In this document: positions 1 through 7,389 of the stretch, in pieces
How positions within the stretch are numbered: position 1 is the first letter of the stretch
How the letters are laid out: each line of letters opens with the position of its first letter
Source: Geotalea uraniireducens Rf4
GTDB taxonomy: Bacteria > Desulfobacterota > Desulfuromonadia > Geobacterales > Geobacteraceae
DNA length: 32,000 bases
Direction of reading: 5' to 3'
Assembly: GCF_000016745.1 (NCBI RefSeq)
Contig: NC_009483.1
Span: 4,740,001 to 4,772,000 of the forward strand
The notes under the pieces: generated by a model
Seen by the model: the letters and a program-made list of their open reading frames with translations, nothing else
The model's database searches: none
What the model was told of the DNA's origin: nothing
Made by a program: the position numbers and the translations under genes

Positions 1-167
1 AGGTGGAGCGCCTCTGGGCCGACAACGCCAAGGCGAAAGAGCTCCTTGGATGGGAACCGCTTTACGCAGGGAAGGAGGGGTTGCGGCGGGGGCTCGAAGA
101 AACCATGAGGTGGTTCAAAAACCCGGAAAACCTGAAAGCCTACAAGGCGGGGATATACAATATATGA
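1..167 (+). CDS. 3' end of an NAD-dependent nucleotide-sugar dehydratase/epimerase (extended SDR; LegB/PseB-type position), truncated by the window edge
   Basis: Frame 3 reads ...VERLWADNAKAKELLGWEPLYAGKEGLRRGLEETMRWFKNPENLKAYKAGIYNI*. The D-x-x-KAK-x-LGW-x-P ... T-x-x-W tail is typical of sugar 4,6-dehydratase/epimerase C-termini. TGA 165-167 overlaps ATG 164-166 of the next gene. It is absent from the ORF track because it is partial. Confidence 0.6.
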   Translation, partial: VERLWADNAKAKELLGWEPLYAGKEGLRRGLEETMRWFKNPENLKAYKAGIYNI

Positions 168-1342
168 CCGGCTTCGACGCAGAAGCGATACTCCGGGCGC
201 TTAGAAGCGCTCTCCCCGCAGATAAAGGGCGCATAGGCCTCCATGAGCCATGCTTCGCCGGAAACGAGTGGACCTATGTCAAGGATTGCCTCGACACCGG
301 ATGGGTATCATCGGTAGGGAGCTACGTCGATCGTTTCGAACGGGAGCTCGCCGAATTCACGGGGGCAAAGCGTGCGGTCGCCGTGGTCAACGGCACCGCG
401 GCCCTCCATGTCTCTCTGCTCCTTGCCGGCGTACGACCCGGCGACGAGGTGATCATCCCCTCCCTCACCTTCGTGGCAACCGCCAATGCCGTCGCATACT
501 GCGGTGCCGTCCCCCACTTCGCCGACAGCGATGAGGCAACCCTCGGCCTCGATCCGGATAAACTTGCCGAACATCTGTCGGCAATCGCCGAGATCAGGGG
601 GGGCGACTGCGTCAACCGGCGCACCGGCCGTCCCATCCGGGCGGTCGTCCCCATGCACACCTTCGGCCACCCCGTCGATCTGGACCCACTCGTGGAGCTC
701 TGCAACCGCTGGAACCTTGTCCTCGTCGAGGACGCTGCCGAGTCGCTCGGCTCCCTCTACAAAGGCCGCCACACTGGAACGTTCAGCCGGCTGGCTGCCT
801 TGAGCTTCAACGGCAACAAGGTGTTGACCACCGGCGGCGGCGGCGCCATCCTCACCAATGACGACGGGCTGGGGAAAATGGCCAAACATCTGACCACCAC
901 CGCGAAGGTCCCCCACCGCTGGGAATTTTTCCACGACGCAACCGGCTACAACTACCGCCTCCCGAACATCAACGCCGCTCTCGGCTGCGCCCAGCTGGAG
1001 CAGCTCCCCCGTTTCCTGAAACAAAAAAGGGACCTTGCCGCCCGCTACCGGGAAGCCTTCCGGGAAGTACAGGGGGTACGTTTCATTTGCGAGCCGTCTT
1101 TTGCCGCCAGTAACTACTGGCTCAACGCGCTCCTCCTTGACCCTCCCTTTGTGAGCGCGCGCGACGACATCCTGGAAATGACCGACAAAAACGGCATCAT
1201 GACCCGCCCCGCATGGACCCCCATGCACCGCCTCCCCATGTACCGCAACTGTCCCCACATGGATCTCTCCGGCGCGGAAGACCTCGGGCTGCGTCTGATC
1301 AACATCCCGAGCAGCGCGGCTCTTGGGGGTGGCCATGACTAG
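164..1342 (+). CDS. legC: DegT/DnrJ/EryC1/StrS-family PLP aminotransferase, LegC-like
   Basis: Track ORF 50..1342. I prefer ATG 164 (MTGFDAEAIL...) because codons upstream of it overlap the previous gene and ATGA coupling is present. Motifs seen: HEPCFAGNEWTYVKDCLDTGWVSSVGSYVDRFE and SFNGNKVLTTGGGGAI (PLP-lysine region). The symbol is assigned from family resemblance plus pathway context. Confidence 0.8.
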   Translation: MTGFDAEAILRALRSALPADKGRIGLHEPCFAGNEWTYVKDCLDTGWVSSVGSYVDRFERELAEFTGAKRAVAVVNGTAALHVSLLLAGVRPGDEVIIPSLTFVATANAVAYCGAVPHFADSDEATLGLDPDKLAEHLSAIAEIRGGDCVNRRTGRPIRAVVPMHTFGHPVDLDPLVELCNRWNLVLVEDAAESLGSLYKGRHTGTFSRLAALSFNGNKVLTTGGGGAILTNDDGLGKMAKHLTTTAKVPHRWEFFHDATGYNYRLPNINAALGCAQLEQLPRFLKQKRDLAARYREAFREVQGVRFICEPSFAASNYWLNALLLDPPFVSARDDILEMTDKNGIMTRPAWTPMHRLPMYRNCPHMDLSGAEDLGLRLINIPSSAALGGGHD

Positions 1343-2492
1343 ACGGCGCATCTGCGTGGTCACCGGCACCAGGGCGGATTACGGTCTTCTTTACCGGCTC
1401 ATGAAGGAGATCGAGGGCGACCCCGATCTGCAGTTACAGGTCGTTGCGACGGGGATGCACCTTTCCCCGGAGTTCGGCCTCACGTACCGGGACATCGAAA
1501 CGGACGGCTTCACCATCCATGAACGGGTAGAGATGCTCCTCTCCAGCGACACCCCGGTCGGTATTGCAAAATCCATCGGTCTTGGGGTCATCGGCTTTGC
1601 AGACGCCTTCGAGCGGCTCAGACCGGAGATCATCGTGCTGCTCGGCGATCGTTTCGAGATGCTGGCCGCGGCCCAGGCAGCGCTCGTGGGCCGCATTCCG
1701 GTCGCCCACATCGCGGGCGGCGACACCACCGAAGGGGCCTTCGACGAGGCGATCCGCCACAGCATCACGAAGATGTCCCATTGCCATTTCGTCACAAACG
1801 AAGCGGCACTGCACCGTGTCCGTCAGCTGGGGGAAAACCCCGATGCCGTTCACCTGGTGGGGAGCCCCGGCATCGATCAGATCAGGCGTCTTACGCTTCT
1901 GTCCCGCCATGAGCTGGAGCGCGACCTCGGCCTCGCCTTCAGGAAAAGGAACCTCCTGGTGACGTTCCATCCGGCAACCCTTGACGAGGTCTCTGCTTCA
2001 GAGCAGATGCAAGCCCTCTTTGACGCCCTTGACAGGCTCGGTCCCGAGGTGGGGATCATCCTCACCAAGCCCAACGCCGACACGGGCGGACGCAGGCTTT
2101 CCGACATGATCGACGTGTATGTTTCCGAACGGGATCAGGCAAAGGCCTTCACCTCCCTCGGCCAGCTCCGCTACCTGAGCCTCATCCCGCAGGTGGACGC
2201 GGTGGTGGGGAACTCCTCAAGCGGGCTCTACGAGGCGCCGTCATTCAAGAAGCCGACGGTCAACATCGGCGACCGCCAGAAGGGACGGCTCCAGGCATCC
2301 TCGGTCATAAATTGCGCCCCGGTTGCAGACGATATTCTGCAAGCAGTTCGGGCAGCCTTCGGGCTCGACTGCTCGACGGCCGTCAACCCTTACGGGGACG
2401 GGAACGCATCTTCGCGCATCGCGGCGATCCTCAAGGGACTTCCGGAGCCGCGCCGACTCATCAAAAAGCACTTTTTCGATCTGAACGGGTAA
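1335..2492 (+). CDS. neuC: UDP/GDP-N-acetylglucosamine-type 2-epimerase (hydrolysing), NeuC/LegG family
   Basis: Track ORF 1323..2492. ATG 1335 overlaps the upstream stop at 1340-1342. The N-terminus RRICVVTGTRADYGLLYRLMKEI, plus HIAGGDTTEGAFDE and SSSGLYEAPSFKKPTVNIGDRQKGR, are typical of hydrolysing 2-epimerases. Confidence 0.85.
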   Translation: MTRRRICVVTGTRADYGLLYRLMKEIEGDPDLQLQVVATGMHLSPEFGLTYRDIETDGFTIHERVEMLLSSDTPVGIAKSIGLGVIGFADAFERLRPEIIVLLGDRFEMLAAAQAALVGRIPVAHIAGGDTTEGAFDEAIRHSITKMSHCHFVTNEAALHRVRQLGENPDAVHLVGSPGIDQIRRLTLLSRHELERDLGLAFRKRNLLVTFHPATLDEVSASEQMQALFDALDRLGPEVGIILTKPNADTGGRRLSDMIDVYVSERDQAKAFTSLGQLRYLSLIPQVDAVVGNSSSGLYEAPSFKKPTVNIGDRQKGRLQASSVINCAPVADDILQAVRAAFGLDCSTAVNPYGDGNASSRIAAILKGLPEPRRLIKKHFFDLNG

Positions 2493-2496
2493 CCCG

Positions 2497-3588
2497 ATGG
2501 GAACACAAAGAAAACATACCTACATAATTGCCGAGGCCGGCGTGAACCACAACGGTTCGCTGAAGATGGCCAAGGAACTTGTGGAAGCCGCCGCAAACGC
2601 AGGCGCGGACGCTGTCAAATTCCAGACATTCAAGGCGGAGAAGCTCGTCAGCCGCAACGCCCCCAAGGCTGGCTACCAGACGATGACGACGGACGCCGCC
2701 GAGTCCCAGTTCGACATGATCAGGAAGCTTGAGCTCGACGAGGAGGCGCACCGCGTACTCATCGAGCATTGCCATGTAAAGGGGATACAGTTTCTCTCCA
2801 CCCCGTTCGACTTCGACAGTCTGGAGATGCTGGCGCGGACCTTCGACCTCCCCCGCCTGAAGCTCCCGTCGGGGGAGATCACCAACGCCCCGCTGCTTTT
2901 GCGGGCGGCGCGCACAGGCAAACCGGTCATCCTCTCCACCGGCATGAGCACCCTGGGCGAGGTGGAGGCAGCCCTCGGCGTCCTTGCTTTCGGCTACGCT
3001 GCCCGGAAAGATGCGGCGCCTTCGCCCGCAGCTTTCCGGGAGGCTTACGGTTCCGCCGCAGGGCAGGAAGCGTTGGAGCGGAACATGGTGCTCCTCCACT
3101 GCACCACCGAATACCCGGCCCCCTTTGACGAGGTGAACCTGCGCGCCATGGACACGCTGCAAGACGCCTTCGGACTGCCGGTCGGCTTTTCCGACCACAC
3201 CACCGGCGTTGCCGTTCCCATCGCCGCCGCGGCCCGGGGAGCAATGGTGATCGAAAAGCATTTCACACTTGGACGCGACCTGCCGGGGCCGGACCACAAG
3301 GCATCGCTGGAGCCGGGCGAGCTGACCGAGATGGTTAAGGCCATACGTCAGGTGGAGCTGGCCCTGGGCAGCCGTCTCAAGGCGCCGACCATGTCCGAGT
3401 CGAAGAACATGTCCGTCGCGCGCAAGAGCCTCGTAGCGGCGGAACCGATCCGCACGGGGGACTTTTTCACCGGGAAAAACGTGGCCGTGAAGCGTCCGGG
3501 CAACGGCATGTCCCCCTTTCTCTATTGGGACGTCCTCGGCAAGAGGGCGTCAATGAATTTTGAACGCGATGAGGTGATACTCCCATGA
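2497..3588 (+). CDS. neuB: Nonulosonic acid synthase (N-acetylneuraminate/legionaminate synthase, NeuB/LegI family) with C-terminal SAF domain
   Basis: YIIAEAGVNHNGSLKMAKELVEAAANAGADAVKFQTF is the classic NeuB N-terminus. Also present are HCTTEYPAP and GFSDHT, and a C-terminal SAF-like segment (ARKSLVAAEPIRTGDFFTGKNVAVKRPGNG). Confidence 0.9.
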   Translation: MGTQRKHTYIIAEAGVNHNGSLKMAKELVEAAANAGADAVKFQTFKAEKLVSRNAPKAGYQTMTTDAAESQFDMIRKLELDEEAHRVLIEHCHVKGIQFLSTPFDFDSLEMLARTFDLPRLKLPSGEITNAPLLLRAARTGKPVILSTGMSTLGEVEAALGVLAFGYAARKDAAPSPAAFREAYGSAAGQEALERNMVLLHCTTEYPAPFDEVNLRAMDTLQDAFGLPVGFSDHTTGVAVPIAAAARGAMVIEKHFTLGRDLPGPDHKASLEPGELTEMVKAIRQVELALGSRLKAPTMSESKNMSVARKSLVAAEPIRTGDFFTGKNVAVKRPGNGMSPFLYWDVLGKRASMNFERDEVILP

Positions 3589-4223
3589 GCCTGCCGGTCG
3601 TGATACTGGGCGCCGGCGGCCACGCACGGGTGCTTCTGGAGGCCCTGCGCTCGGCGTCCCGCCAGGTGGCGGGAATCGTCGATGCCGATCCGGCAAGGAT
3701 CGGAGAAACCGTCATGGGGGTACTGGTCATCGGCACGGACGAAAAGGTTTTTGACTTTCGGACCAACGAGATTGAGCTCGTGAACGGCATCGGTTCGGTG
3801 GCCTCGACGGCAAAAAGGGTGGAACTCTTCGCGGCGTTCAAGGCCCACGGCTACCGGTTTGCCACTGTCGTGCACCCCTCGGCGGTCATTGCTTCGGACG
3901 CGGAACTGGCGGAAGGGGCACAGATCATGGCAGGGGCCGTCATCCAGGCGGGAGCGAGCATCGGCATGAATTCCATCGTCAACACACGCGCCGCCGTCGA
4001 TCACGACTGCCGCATCGGCGCAGGCGTCCACATCGCGCCGGGAGTCACCCTTTCCGGGGACGTCCGGGTGGACGACGACGTACACATCGGCACCGGTGCA
4101 ACAGTGATCCAGGGAGTACATATTTCCGGAAAAAGCGTCGTCGGCGCAGGGTCGGTCGTCCTGCGCGACGTTCCAGGAGGGGTCACGGTCTACGGGGTCC
4201 CCGCACGTGAGGCACGAAAATGA
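3585..4223 (+). CDS. NeuD/PglD-family hexapeptide-repeat sugar N-acetyltransferase (LegH-like)
   Basis: The ATG overlaps the neuB stop (ATGA at 3585-3588). N-terminal Rossmann-like VVILGAGGHARVLLEAL is followed by left-handed beta-helix repeats (IGAGVHIAPGVTLSGDVRVDDDVHIGTGATVIQGVHI). Confidence 0.8.
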   Translation: MSLPVVILGAGGHARVLLEALRSASRQVAGIVDADPARIGETVMGVLVIGTDEKVFDFRTNEIELVNGIGSVASTAKRVELFAAFKAHGYRFATVVHPSAVIASDAELAEGAQIMAGAVIQAGASIGMNSIVNTRAAVDHDCRIGAGVHIAPGVTLSGDVRVDDDVHIGTGATVIQGVHISGKSVVGAGSVVLRDVPGGVTVYGVPAREARK

Positions 4224-5275
4224 ATAATTGGGAAAGCATCCTCGTATCGCCTGAAACGCCGATCATCGAAGCGATTCGTATCATCGACGACAGCACGCTC
4301 CAGATAGCGCTGGTGGTCGATGAAAACCACAAGCTGATAGGTACGCTCACCGATGGCGACGTCCGACGGGCCATCCTCAAGGGGCTCCAGCTCGACAACC
4401 CTGTCCGGCAGGTGATGAACACCAACCCCATTGCAGCCGACCTTAACGACAGCCGCGAGAGCATTCTCGCCATCATGCGGGCGACCAAAATCCGGCAGAT
4501 TCCCATCGTTGACGGACAGGGGATCGTCGCCGGACTGGAACTTTTCAACAACCTGATCCAGCCCTGCGAACGGGAAAACATCGTCGTCCTCATGGCCGGA
4601 GGTCTTGGCAGCCGGCTCCGCCCCCTGACCAACGACTGCCCCAAGCCGCTCCTCAAGGTCGGCAGCAAGCCGATCCTTGAAACGATCATGGAAAGCTTCG
4701 TCGAGCACGGTTTCCGTCGCTTTTACATTGCCGTCAATTACCGGGCGGAAATGATCAAGCACCATTTCCAGGACGGCTCACGGTGGGGGGTGAAAATCGA
4801 CTACCTCCACGAGGAGAAGCAGCTCGGCACCGCCGGCCCCCTGGGCCTCCTGCCGGAAACTCCGACGCAGCCGGTGCTGGTCATGAACGGAGACCTCCTG
4901 ACCAGGGTTAACTTCCAGCAGCTTCTCGACTTCCATAACGAACACCGGGTGCTGGCCACCATGTGCGTGCGGGAGTATGATCACCACATCCCCTATGGCG
5001 TCGTGCAACTCAACAAGCACCGCCTCATGAACATCGAGGAAAAACCGGTGCAGCGGTTCTTCGTCAATGCAGGCATCTACGTTCTCAGTCCGAAAGCCCT
5101 GGAACTGATTCCCCGCAACCATTACCTGGACATGCCCAACGTCTTCAGGGAGCTCATCAACAGGAAAGAGGAAACCGCCGTCTTCCCCATCCATGAATAC
5201 TGGCTCGACATCGGCCGCATGGACGACTTCGAGAGGGCCGACATCGAATATCCAAAGGTGTTCAATGGTAAATGA
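4220..5275 (+). CDS. CBS-pair + sugar-1-phosphate nucleotidyltransferase (PtmE-like GlcN-1-P guanylyltransferase candidate)
   Basis: ATGA overlap with the upstream stop. The N-terminal ~115 aa look like tandem CBS domains (LIGTLTDGDVRRAIL, IRQIPIVDGQGIVAGL). These are followed by LMAGGLGSRLRPLTNDCPKPLLKVG, the G-x-G-x-R-L NTP-transferase motif. Confidence 0.75.
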   Translation: MNNWESILVSPETPIIEAIRIIDDSTLQIALVVDENHKLIGTLTDGDVRRAILKGLQLDNPVRQVMNTNPIAADLNDSRESILAIMRATKIRQIPIVDGQGIVAGLELFNNLIQPCERENIVVLMAGGLGSRLRPLTNDCPKPLLKVGSKPILETIMESFVEHGFRRFYIAVNYRAEMIKHHFQDGSRWGVKIDYLHEEKQLGTAGPLGLLPETPTQPVLVMNGDLLTRVNFQQLLDFHNEHRVLATMCVREYDHHIPYGVVQLNKHRLMNIEEKPVQRFFVNAGIYVLSPKALELIPRNHYLDMPNVFRELINRKEETAVFPIHEYWLDIGRMDDFERADIEYPKVFNGK

Positions 5276-5954
5276 CAAAAAGATCCTTGCCGTAATTCCC
5301 GCCAGGGGGGGCTCCAAGGGGGTGCCGCGGAAAAACATCCGTCCCCTTGCGGGGAAGGCGCTCCTCGCCTGGAGTATCGAAGCGGCCAGAGGGTCGCGGT
5401 ATATCGACCGGCTCATCATCTCTTCCGATGATGCGGAGATCATCGAGGTCGCCCGGGAAGCCGGATGCGAAGCACCCTTCGTCAGGCCTGCGGAGCTCGC
5501 CCGGGACGACACTCCGGGGATCGAGCCGGTCATCCACGCCCTGAAGATGCTCCCCGGTTACGACTACGTGGTTCTCCTGCAGCCGACCTCGCCGTTTCGC
5601 ACCGCCGACGACATCGACCGCTGCATCGAGATGTGCGCCGAAAGCGGAGCTCCCTCCTGCGTTTCGGTCACGCAACCCGACAAGAACCCTTTCTGGATGT
5701 ACGCCCTTGACGAAGAAACGAGAATGACCCCCCTGCTCCCCCCCCCTGAAGGGTTTTCCCGGCGCCAGGACCTGCCGAAGGTCTATGCCTTGAACGGGGC
5801 CGTCTATGTGGCGGAAACAAACTGGCTGTTTGAAAACAGGACGTTCCTAACCGCGGATACGCTAGGCTGCATCATGAGCAGGGAACATGCCGTCGACATC
5901 GATACGGAACAGGATCTCGCCTTCTGCGAGTTCCTGGTGGGCACCAAGGCTTAA
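5265..5954 (+). CDS. neuA: Acylneuraminate cytidylyltransferase family (CMP-nonulosonate synthetase, NeuA/LegF-like)
   Basis: Track ORF 5193..5954. I prefer ATG 5265 (MVNDKKILAVIPARGGSKGVPRKN...), which overlaps the upstream gene by 11 nt. IPARGGSKG-x-PRKN is the CMP-sugar synthetase signature. Confidence 0.85.
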   Translation: MVNDKKILAVIPARGGSKGVPRKNIRPLAGKALLAWSIEAARGSRYIDRLIISSDDAEIIEVAREAGCEAPFVRPAELARDDTPGIEPVIHALKMLPGYDYVVLLQPTSPFRTADDIDRCIEMCAESGAPSCVSVTQPDKNPFWMYALDEETRMTPLLPPPEGFSRRQDLPKVYALNGAVYVAETNWLFENRTFLTADTLGCIMSREHAVDIDTEQDLAFCEFLVGTKA

Positions 5955-5979
5955 AGTAACCAATGACTGGAGACACGCC

Positions 5980-7368
5980 ATGCGCATTCTGCTTGTAGTT
6001 TACGACAACGATTCATACATCCACTGGTTTCCCCAGGGGCTGGCCTATATCGCGAGCGTGCTCAGGAACGAAGGGCACGAGGTCGCCATCTACAACCAGG
6101 ACCTGCACCACTATCCCGACGAACACCTGACCGCCTTTCTTGACGCCAACCCGTACGACATGGTGGGTTTCAGCTTCATCTCCGGCTACTACCAGTACAA
6201 GAAGGCCCTCGCCGTTTCAGCAGCGATCAACCGGGCGAAACGACGCCCCCTCTACGTCATCGGAGGGCACGGCCCCTCTCCCGAGCCGGAATTCTTCATG
6301 AAAAAGACCGGCGCGGACGTCACCGTCATCGGCGAAGGCGAAGAGACCATCGTCGAGCTTTTGCGCGCCGTCGGCAACCATGCCCCATTTGCCGGCATCA
6401 AGGGGATCGCCTACCGGGACGGGGACCGGATCGCGATCAACGAGCGCCGCCCGCTGATCGCGGATATCGACACCATCCCCTTCCCGGCCTACGACCTCTT
6501 CCCCATCGAATATTACCGGCTCCTGCGGATGCCCCACGCCGGCAACGCCGACTTCGTCATGCCGGTCCTCTCCGGCAGAGGATGCCCCTTTACCTGCAAC
6601 TTCTGCTACCGGCTGGACGAAGGGTTCCGCCCGCGGAGCAACGCGAGCATCATCGAAGAGATCAGGATGCTGAAACGCAACTACGGCATCACCTACATCG
6701 CCTTTTCCGACGAGCTCCTCATGTCGTCCGAAGCCAGGGTGACGGCGCTCTGCGAGGATTTCATCCGTGAAAACCTGGATATAAAGTGGGACTGCAACGG
6801 CCGGCTCAACTACGCCAAACCCGAGCTTTTGGCCCTGATGAAGCGTGCCGGCTGCGTATTCATCAACTACGGCATCGAGGCCTTCGACGACGTTATTCTG
6901 AAAAACATGAACAAGGCCCTCACCACAAGCCAGATCGTCCGGGGAATCGAGGCGACCCTCGCAGTGGGCATCAGTCCCGGTTTCAACATCATCTTCGGCA
7001 ATATCGGCGAGTCCAGGGAATCGCTGCGGAAAGGGGTCGACTTCCTGCTGAAGTACGACGACGGCGCTCAGATGAGGACCATCCGCCCCGTCACCCCCTA
7101 CCCCGGCGCGCCGCTCTACTACCACGCTATCGAGAAGGGGCTCGTCGGGGACTGCGAGGATTTCTACGCCAACAAGCACCTGAACTCGGACCTCCTCGCC
7201 GTCAATTTCACGGAGCTCTCCGACGAGGAATTCCACGCGGCCCTTTTCGAGGCCAACTCGGTCCTTCTCGACAACTACTTCACCAGGAAGCGGACCTCAA
7301 CCATCGAACAGGCAAGAACGCTCTACATGGAGAGGGACAGCTCGTTCAGGGGTTTCAGACAGAGTTGA
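5980..7368 (+). CDS. Cobalamin(B12)-binding-domain radical SAM enzyme (class B rSAM, possible methyltransferase)
   Basis: Track ORF 5887..7368. I prefer ATG 5980 (MRILLVVYDND...), which is preceded by tGGAGa. The N-terminal Rossmann-like B12-binding region (MVGFSFISGYY...YVIGGHGPS) is followed by SGRGCPFTCNFCY (CxxxCxxC radical SAM cluster). Confidence 0.8.
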   Translation: MRILLVVYDNDSYIHWFPQGLAYIASVLRNEGHEVAIYNQDLHHYPDEHLTAFLDANPYDMVGFSFISGYYQYKKALAVSAAINRAKRRPLYVIGGHGPSPEPEFFMKKTGADVTVIGEGEETIVELLRAVGNHAPFAGIKGIAYRDGDRIAINERRPLIADIDTIPFPAYDLFPIEYYRLLRMPHAGNADFVMPVLSGRGCPFTCNFCYRLDEGFRPRSNASIIEEIRMLKRNYGITYIAFSDELLMSSEARVTALCEDFIRENLDIKWDCNGRLNYAKPELLALMKRAGCVFINYGIEAFDDVILKNMNKALTTSQIVRGIEATLAVGISPGFNIIFGNIGESRESLRKGVDFLLKYDDGAQMRTIRPVTPYPGAPLYYHAIEKGLVGDCEDFYANKHLNSDLLAVNFTELSDEEFHAALFEANSVLLDNYFTRKRTSTIEQARTLYMERDSSFRGFRQS

Positions 7369-7389
7369 ATTCACAGACACGAGGCAGCT

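Noticed and set aside
308-1369. Long antisense and alternate-frame ORFs throughout, e.g. 308-1369(-), 2461-3297(-), 3522-4121(-), 4778-5533(-), 6217-7236(-), 6786-7403(+), 8620-9330(-), 11591-12226(+), 12947-13636(+), 15171-15857(+), 17318-17953(+), 24759-25295(+)
   Set aside because: These are typical GC-rich shadow ORFs. They have Arg/Gly/Pro/Ala-biased low-complexity translations and no RBS or family motifs. Each fully overlaps a gene with unambiguous homology features on the other strand or frame.
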